From NCBI GenBank assembly GCA_035536275.1, contig DATLOL010000031.1:5130-69129 (forward strand): 64,000 nucleotides of DNA, in the 5' to 3' direction. Shown piece by piece: positions 58,581 through 64,000 of this stretch. Position numbers and translations under genes: made by a program. Each line of letters starts with the position of its first letter. Within the stretch, counting starts at the first letter, position 1. The stretch is from Thermoanaerobaculia bacterium (GTDB lineage: Bacteria; Acidobacteriota; Thermoanaerobaculia; Gp7-AA8). Below the pieces are notes generated by a model. The model searched no databases and was not told where the DNA came from. It worked only from the letters and a program-made list of their open reading frames with translations.

Positions 58581-60485
58581 TCACTCCACCGCGTTGGCAA
58601 TCACGCGCGCGAACGCCTCCGCCGCCGAGTCGCCGACTCGGTAATCCTCCGGCGGCAGCTCGTAGCGGAACACGACCCGCCCGTTCTTGCTGACCGTCGC
58701 CTGCGCCGACCGGCGTTTGCGGCCTACGCGGCCTACGCGGTCGTTCGCCCCCTCGAAGCGGACGATCACGTCGGCCTCGCCGTCGAAGTCCATGTCCGGA
58801 AGCTGGTCGCGCATGGCCCGATAGAGCTCGTCGCGCATCCCGCCGCCGCGCAGGGACATGCTCTTCGTGCCGCGCAGCGCGCGCCGGAGCGACTCGAGGG
58901 CGCGTTCGTTCCCCGCCTCGTCGTCGCCGCCGTCGACGTACCTCGGCGCCGAGCCCAAGCCCGCGCGGCCGTCGTCGTCTGCGTTCTCGCTGCCGCGCGT
59001 GTCGACGGGGGGCGGTGTCGGGATGGTCGTGGTCTCGGCGACGGTCTCCCTGCGCCGCGGGATCACGGGCGGGATGCTGCCCGGCCCACCAGTGCGCTGC
59101 ACCGTCTGCGTGTTCTCGACGACGACAGGGGGCTCGGCGGTCGTGGTCGTCACCGGCGTCTCCGCCGGCGTCGTCGCGCTGGTCACCGTCACGGAGGCCT
59201 CGGCGATCTGTCCCTGTTGCTGAGTCGTTGTGGTCGCGGTTTGCCCAGTCGTCGTCGTTGCGGTGGTCGTCGTCTCCGCGACCTGCGCCTCTTCCTTTTT
59301 TCCCGGCCAGAACATCACCGCGGCGACGGCGGCGGCCACGAAGAAGAGCAGGACGCCAATGATCACCAGCGGCAGCATCGAGCCCGACTTCGGCCGCGAC
59401 TGCGGGAAGTGTGCGTACTGCGTCGGGGGCAGCGGCTGTTGCTGCGGGAGCGGCGTGAGCACGGTCGGCGCGGAGCTCGGCGGGGGAGGCAGTGCCGCGG
59501 CCACCGTCGGCGGCGCGGTGTGTTGCGCCGTGCGCTGCGCCGTCTGCTGTTGCGTGATCGACGTCTCGCGCGACAGGCGCATCGTCGAATCGGTCTGCGA
59601 TCCGGTGAACGCGGTGAGCTCGTCGACCTCAGTCGGAAGTCGCAGCTCGACCAGCTCCAGCGCCGACGCGAACTCGCGCGCCGTCGCATAGCGCTGGGTG
59701 CGGTCGCGCGCGAGCGCCTTCTCCAGCACTTCCTGGATGGCCGCACCGCCGAGCATGTTCGGCGGCAGCTCCACGGTCTTCTCGACCTGCGGCCGCGCGT
59801 GCAGCATGAAGTACTCGTGCGGCGACTTGGCCTCGTACGGCGGACGGCCGGTCAGGATCTCGAACAGCACCATGGCCATCGCATAGATGTCCGCACGACC
59901 GTCGATCTTTTCTCCCTCGGGGATGAATCCGAGCTGCTCCGGCGCGGCGTAGCGCAGCTTGCCCACGAAGATGCCGGTGCGCGTCTGGGACACCGCACCC
60001 GCGTCCTCGACCTTGGCGACGCCCATGTCGATGATCTTCACCGTGTCGTCGGTGGTGATCATCAGGTTCTCGGGACTGATGTCGCGGTGCACGATCCCGG
60101 CGCGGTGAACCGCATCGAGGCCGGCCAGGGCCTGTTGCACGATGTGAATCGCCTGCCGCGGCGGAAGCGTGCCCCGCCCGCGAAGGCGCTGGGCGAGGTT
60201 CTCGCCGTCGATGAACTCCCAGACCATGTAGTGCGACCCGTCCGGCTGCGACGAGAAATCGTGCAGCGTGGCCACGTTGGGGTGGTGGACCTTGGTCGCG
60301 GTGCGGGCCTCGCGGAGGAAGCGGTCCTTCGCGTCGGTGCTCGAGGAGATGTTCGCGTGGATGACCTTGATGACGCGCGGGGCGCCGAGGTGCGTGTGGA
60401 CGGCCTTGTAGACCTCACCCATCCCGCCTGCGCCGAGGCGGGACACGATTTCGTACCGATTGTCGAGGATATCGCCGGGATTCAT
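58581..60485 (-). CDS. Hanks-type Ser/Thr protein kinase, single TM, Thr/Gln-rich linker, unknown extracytoplasmic C-terminal domain
   Basis: Track ORF. It has GAGGMGEVYK, the catalytic loop HRDISPENL, DMGVAK, the TM segment LPLVIIGVLLFFVAAAVAAVMF and a poly-Thr linker. Confidence 0.88.
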   Translation of the reverse strand: MNPGDILDNRYEIVSRLGAGGMGEVYKAVHTHLGAPRVIKVIHANISSSTDAKDRFLREARTATKVHHPNVATLHDFSSQPDGSHYMVWEFIDGENLAQRLRGRGTLPPRQAIHIVQQALAGLDAVHRAGIVHRDISPENLMITTDDTVKIIDMGVAKVEDAGAVSQTRTGIFVGKLRYAAPEQLGFIPEGEKIDGRADIYAMAMVLFEILTGRPPYEAKSPHEYFMLHARPQVEKTVELPPNMLGGAAIQEVLEKALARDRTQRYATAREFASALELVELRLPTEVDELTAFTGSQTDSTMRLSRETSITQQQTAQRTAQHTAPPTVAAALPPPPSSAPTVLTPLPQQQPLPPTQYAHFPQSRPKSGSMLPLVIIGVLLFFVAAAVAAVMFWPGKKEEAQVAETTTTATTTTGQTATTTTQQQGQIAEASVTVTSATTPAETPVTTTTAEPPVVVENTQTVQRTGGPGSIPPVIPRRRETVAETTTIPTPPPVDTRGSENADDDGRAGLGSAPRYVDGGDDEAGNERALESLRRALRGTKSMSLRGGGMRDELYRAMRDQLPDMDFDGEADVIVRFEGANDRVGRVGRKRRSAQATVSKNGRVVFRYELPPEDYRVGDSAAEAFARVIANAVE

Positions 60486-60506
60486 TCGGTTCCTAGTTTA
60501 GCGGTT

Positions 60507-60536
60507 TTGACGGCGCCCCCGCTCCGAGGCGATAAT
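60507..60536 (+). promoter_or_regulatory. Sigma-70-like promoter (TTGACG - 18 nt - GATAAT)
   Basis: Read directly in the 72-bp divergent region. The -10 box ends 21 nt upstream of the ATG at 60558. Confidence 0.4.
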
Positions 60537-60557
60537 GCCATCAGAATTCCCCAAAAC

Positions 60558-61754
60558 ATGCTTCTCGTCGTCAGTGATCTGCATCTGACGGACGCGGGAT
60601 CGGAGTCGACGTTCCGGCCCGACGTGTTCGTGAGAACCATCCGTGAAGCAGCTCGCGGCGCGCGAAGCGTGCGCCTGCTGCTCCTCGGCGACATCTTCGA
60701 AATTCTCAAGTCGCGGGTATGGGAAAAGAACGGCGTCCGCCCCTGGGAGAAGAAGTGCACGGTCGTGCATCAGGCGACCGTCACCGAGATCTTCGATCGC
60801 ACTCTGCAGACGAACGCCGGCTTCTTCGAAGCGCTCGCGCAGCTCCGCGATGAGCTGAACATGTCCATTGCCTACATTCCGGGCAATCACGACCGGCCGT
60901 TGAACACCGAGATGGGGAACGGCTGCCGGATCCGCCTGCGACGCCTCCTGAAGATCGAGCCGGAAGATGACCGGCTCTTCGTAGACTTCGAAAAGAACGA
61001 CGAGTACGGCGTGCTGGCGATGCACGGACATCGTTGGGACGAAGCCAACTCGTATGGCGATGACGGAACGGTCGCCATCGGCGACTTCATCGTCGTCGAC
61101 GTGGTCACACGCCTTCCTTACGTTCTCGCACACCATCTGAATCTCTCGCCGACCGACGAGAGCCTCCGCTTCGCGTTCGAGATCGACGACGTAATTCCGC
61201 AGACGCCTGTCGAGATGGCGCGCTGGCTTGCGCACTACGTGCGTGCTCTCAGCAGCCACCAGGCTCCGCGGGCCTTGAAATCCGCCATCGGGCAGATCGC
61301 CGAAGAGCTCGAGCAGCAGATGAACGGCTACCGTTTCGGATCGACGCTCGGCAGGTGGTGGGCGAAGATGCTGAAGGGCGTGGCCTTCGACTTCGCCCGC
61401 ACGGTCGACGTCGTGAAATGGGTGCGCCGCGCGTCCCTGCGCAAACCGCCCGCGCCGCCGAAATACGTAGACCGCGCCCAGTTCGAGCTGCGCGGTAGCG
61501 GCGCGCCCTGCAACACCGTGATCTTCGGCCACACGCACATCCCTGAGCACCGTACGATCTGGGATGGCGACCGGCTGCAGCGCTACCTCAATTGCGGGAC
61601 GTGGCGCCGCGCGCATCGGGCCACGGATTTCGCGATCGACGGACGGTCTCGGTACGCGACCGTGCACGTGAGTGCCATGGTGATCGTTCGCACCGCCGCG
61701 GAGACGACGCGGTCCGATCCGTCGTATGAGCTCAGACAGTCGTATTACGCCTGA
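60558..61754 (+). CDS. Calcineurin-like metallophosphoesterase
   Basis: An in-frame ATG at 60558, giving the last 398 codons of the artefactual 1749-aa track ORF. Motifs occur in canonical order: SDLHL, LLGDIFE, PGNHD, MHGHRWD and FGHTHIPE. Confidence 0.8.
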   Translation: MLLVVSDLHLTDAGSESTFRPDVFVRTIREAARGARSVRLLLLGDIFEILKSRVWEKNGVRPWEKKCTVVHQATVTEIFDRTLQTNAGFFEALAQLRDELNMSIAYIPGNHDRPLNTEMGNGCRIRLRRLLKIEPEDDRLFVDFEKNDEYGVLAMHGHRWDEANSYGDDGTVAIGDFIVVDVVTRLPYVLAHHLNLSPTDESLRFAFEIDDVIPQTPVEMARWLAHYVRALSSHQAPRALKSAIGQIAEELEQQMNGYRFGSTLGRWWAKMLKGVAFDFARTVDVVKWVRRASLRKPPAPPKYVDRAQFELRGSGAPCNTVIFGHTHIPEHRTIWDGDRLQRYLNCGTWRRAHRATDFAIDGRSRYATVHVSAMVIVRTAAETTRSDPSYELRQSYYA

Positions 61755-62319
61755 TCCGGCCACGCTGGAGCAGTTGCCGATTGCAGAGGTGCTGCAGTGG
61801 CTGCAGAAGTCCGACGCGGCAGGCGTGGAGACGATCTTCAGCGAGATCCTCCGTCGATTCGAGCCGGCGCTGCGCAATGGCTGGCGGGTCAGCGGCCGCG
61901 GCGAGTACGCAGACTTCGCGAATGAAGTCTTCGTTCGTCTCTTTTCTTCGCTGCATACGCTGCGGGAGCCACGCGCATTTCCCGGTTTTCTGCACAGCAT
62001 CGTCCGCTCGGTCGCAAGCGACGCACACCGCCGCGCGAAGCGCGATCCCGATCAATTCGAGCCTCTGACGGACACGGTTGCGGACATGCGGGACGTGATG
62101 CTGCCGATCATCGTCCGCTCCTACCTCGAATATTTGCCGGAGCGCGACCGTCGCGTTCTGGAGCTGGAGTTCATCGAAGGTCATTCCGTCGAGGAGATCG
62201 CCGCGGACCTGCAGATGACCGCCGGAGCTGTGCGGATGCTCAAAACGCGTGCATTCCGCAAGTTACGGTCGGTGGCCGAGCGGGAGCGGGCCCTTCTGGA
62301 GCGGTCCAAACATTTGTGA
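61726..62319 (+). CDS. ECF-type (sigma-70 family) sigma factor
   Basis: Track ORF that overlaps the upstream gene by 29 nt. The region 2-like segment is FANEVFVRLFSSL..FPGFLHSIVRSVASDAHRR. The region 4 HTH is LPERDRRVLELEFIEGHSVEEIAADLQMTAGAVRMLKTRAFRKLR. Confidence 0.75.
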   Translation: MSSDSRITPDPATLEQLPIAEVLQWLQKSDAAGVETIFSEILRRFEPALRNGWRVSGRGEYADFANEVFVRLFSSLHTLREPRAFPGFLHSIVRSVASDAHRRAKRDPDQFEPLTDTVADMRDVMLPIIVRSYLEYLPERDRRVLELEFIEGHSVEEIAADLQMTAGAVRMLKTRAFRKLRSVAERERALLERSKHL

Positions 62320-62346
62320 TGCGTTTGAAGGGGGTGAAGCGTCTTT

Positions 62347-63027
62347 ATGACAGGCAGGAAGCTCAATCATCGAACCACGCTGGAACTGCTCGACGAGCTG
62401 GTGGCGCAACGCGAGCTCTTCGACGTCCTCAAGGACTCAGGGAGTGAATGGACATGGAGATTCTGGGAAAAGCGCTCCAGACGCATCGCGAGGTTGCAGC
62501 GGAACTGGGAAGATCTCCTGGCCGTCGTCGCAAGCCGGTTCGAAAATCTCCTCCTCCAGATTTATCGTGGCTTGGACAAGCGCTACGCCAAATCGTGCTC
62601 CGCGGACGAGTTCGTGACGCTGTGGTCGAAACCCGCAATGGAGGGTGCCGGGGAGCGTGCCCGTTTTGCGTGTATTCGGTTCTGGCAGGCAGCGGAGAAA
62701 GCAGCGAATCAGGCCTTCAACGCCCCGCCGGAGGCGATCGCGAGCCTCAAGGCGAAGTTCATGATCCGGCAGTTCGTCGAGGAGATCGCGGACGCGACCG
62801 CTCGGGAGACCATTCTGTCTCTCGCGTACGAGGGCCGCGACACCTCTCCGCCGGACGACAACCAGCTCTTCCGTATCATCCAGGCGGCGTGTGCCGCGTT
62901 CTCCGACGTTCTCGACGATTTCTCCGACATAGCCGAACGCACGGATGGAGTCGTCACAGGCGAGCAGCTCTCGAACCGCGACCAGGCCATCGAACGGGTA
63001 CGGACTTGGCTTTTCGCATCCTGGTAA
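62347..63027 (+). CDS. Hypothetical all-helical protein (226 aa)
   Basis: Track ORF with ATG start. Hand-counted lines give 53-58% G+C. I recognise no motif. Confidence 0.55.
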   Translation: MTGRKLNHRTTLELLDELVAQRELFDVLKDSGSEWTWRFWEKRSRRIARLQRNWEDLLAVVASRFENLLLQIYRGLDKRYAKSCSADEFVTLWSKPAMEGAGERARFACIRFWQAAEKAANQAFNAPPEAIASLKAKFMIRQFVEEIADATARETILSLAYEGRDTSPPDDNQLFRIIQAACAAFSDVLDDFSDIAERTDGVVTGEQLSNRDQAIERVRTWLFASW

Positions 63028-63043
63028 CGGAACGGAGTGTGTC

Positions 63044-64000
63044 ATGAGCGATGCCGCAAATGAGTCAGAGTCCGCCACGGAGGCTGACGTTGTACACAAG
63101 CTTCTGGAAGACGTACGCCGCACTCTTGACGAGACCCGGCCCGAGCCATCGGTGCGTTTCGACTCGATCGTCCGCACGGCCGCAAGAGCGTGGTGGGACG
63201 AACGTGCGCAACTGACCGCCCCTCACGAGGAGGTCGTCCGCGTTGCCGCCGATGTTCGGCGTACCCAGACCGAAATGCGCGCCGCGCCGGCCGCGGCGTT
63301 CGAGGCCATCGTGCGAAATGGGGCTCGCGAGTATTTCAAGCAACGCGTCGAAGCGATCCCCGCACCGCCTACGCAGGAAGCGATCCCGCACACGCTGACG
63401 ATGCTCTATGAGCTGCGACACACGCTCGACAAGGCCATCGATCCGGCGCGCGTGCGGCGGAGCAGTGGTGCGTTTCAGGCGGCAACCCTCCGTTCGCGCA
63501 GGAACCCGCGTCATCGCGTGGTGCGCGATTTTCTCGTCGATTTCGGACTGGTCATCCTGACGTGCGTCGTGATCACGTTCGTGCTGCTCGCGATCGTCAA
63601 CGACTCTTTCGTCCTGCCACAGTCTCTGCGTCCGGCCAAGGCTACGCTCGCCGCGTCGTTGAACGATCCCGCCTTCGCGGCGGGAATGGTCGTTCTGCTC
63701 GCGTTGCCGGTGGCGATGGCGTTTTTCTTTTCCCGCCAGCCGCCGCTCCGGCGTTGGATCGGCCGCTCCCTGGGCGCCGTCTCCGCCGCGGCCTTCATGT
63801 CCGTGAGCGGCGTGGCCTACCTCGATGCCTTGCGCACCGAAGTGAAGATCAACCGCGCCGAGCTGGAGCTCCGCGAGGTCGTCCTCTTCACCCTTGCCGA
63901 GCGTCGGACTTCGACCGCGCAGTTCTATCCGGTCGCTTCCGGATTTGAATCCGCCAGAGCGTCCGATGGATCGCTCGTCATCTGGAAAAAGACCGATGAC
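63044..64000 (+). CDS. Hypothetical membrane protein, 3' end outside window
   Basis: This gene is not in the ORF track because no stop falls inside the window. I translated frame 2 by hand from the ATG at 63044 (GGAG 7 nt upstream) and it stays open for 319 codons to base 64000. The product is MSDAANESESATEAD.. with three hydrophobic segments (FGLVILTCVVITFVLLAIV, AAGMVVLLALPVAMAFFF, LGAVSAAAFMSVSGVAY). Confidence 0.55.
   Translation, partial: MSDAANESESATEADVVHKLLEDVRRTLDETRPEPSVRFDSIVRTAARAWWDERAQLTAPHEEVVRVAADVRRTQTEMRAAPAAAFEAIVRNGAREYFKQRVEAIPAPPTQEAIPHTLTMLYELRHTLDKAIDPARVRRSSGAFQAATLRSRRNPRHRVVRDFLVDFGLVILTCVVITFVLLAIVNDSFVLPQSLRPAKATLAASLNDPAFAAGMVVLLALPVAMAFFFSRQPPLRRWIGRSLGAVSAAAFMSVSGVAYLDALRTEVKINRAELELREVVLFTLAERRTSTAQFYPVASGFESARASDGSLVIWKKTDD

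Noticed and set aside
59150-59300. Short direct repeats (gtcgtcgt / ggtggt) inside the kinase gene
   Set aside because: They are the DNA image of the poly-Thr/Gln low-complexity linker (TTTTATTTTGQTATTTTQQQ) after the TM segment. They are not an independent repeat element.
56505-60557. The first ~1350 codons of a 1749-aa plus-strand track ORF overlapping gdh (out of frame) and running antisense to the kinase gene
   Set aside because: The translation is Arg/Gly/Ala/Pro-rich low-complexity sequence of the kind typical of out-of-frame or antisense reading of high-GC genes. It overlaps two well-supported genes. Only the last 398 codons (60558..61754) carry real motifs (metallophosphoesterase).
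1-64000. Search by eye for tRNA, rRNA, tmRNA, riboswitch leaders, integrase or transposase genes, and phage structural genes
   Set aside because: Every intergenic gap is under 215 bp and is accounted for by repeats or promoter-like sequence. No cloverleaf-compatible segment and no integrase or transposase motifs were seen. A covariance-model scan (tRNAscan-SE, Infernal/Rfam) would be needed to exclude small RNAs formally.

Overview
This is a high-GC bacterial chromosomal segment. Hand-counted sample lines are mostly 62-72% G+C, with a few patches at 53-60%. The gene content points to an Acidobacteriota-like soil bacterium (inference only): an ADOP-type duplicated MacB permease, three ECF sigma factors (two with adjacent anti-sigma factors), a Hanks-type kinase, FHA and TPR proteins, and a 180-kDa NAD-GDH.

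I call 52 protein-coding genes. They are packed very tightly, with 13 four-nt start/stop overlaps and 3 convergent 3' overlaps. I recognised no rRNA, tRNA, CRISPR array, transposase or integrase.

Housekeeping genes: asnB (partial), tdk, rnr, pth, serS, an acyl-CoA ligase plus FadB-like pair, and NAD-GDH. Regulatory and accessory genes: a five-gene MacAB-type efflux plus sigma-54 two-component operon, a HepT/MNT toxin-antitoxin cassette, an AAA+ ATPase and a VWA protein, an S8 protease and two M20 peptidases.

The best candidates for something undescribed are:
- (i) A divergent five-gene cluster at 2250-9314. It holds a 775-aa protein with a class III cyclase-like core, a PD-(D/E)xK nuclease fused to an XPD/DinG Fe-S helicase, a lipoprotein, a DnaC-like zinc-ribbon ATPase and a coupled membrane protein.
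- (ii) A lower-GC cluster at 58581-64000. It holds a Ser/Thr kinase, a divergent metallophosphoesterase, an ECF-type sigma factor and two unknown proteins.
- (iii) A recurring class of non-coding structures built from inverted arrays of 7-, 8- or 9-bp tandem units. These include an exact 33-bp inverted duplicate 19.8 kb apart, a 48-nt double hairpin embedded in frame in a membrane-protein gene, and a hairpin carrying a 13-nt copy of the 16S rRNA 3' tail.

All functional calls rest on motif recognition by eye in the supplied translations. No database search, structure prediction or folding calculation was possible.
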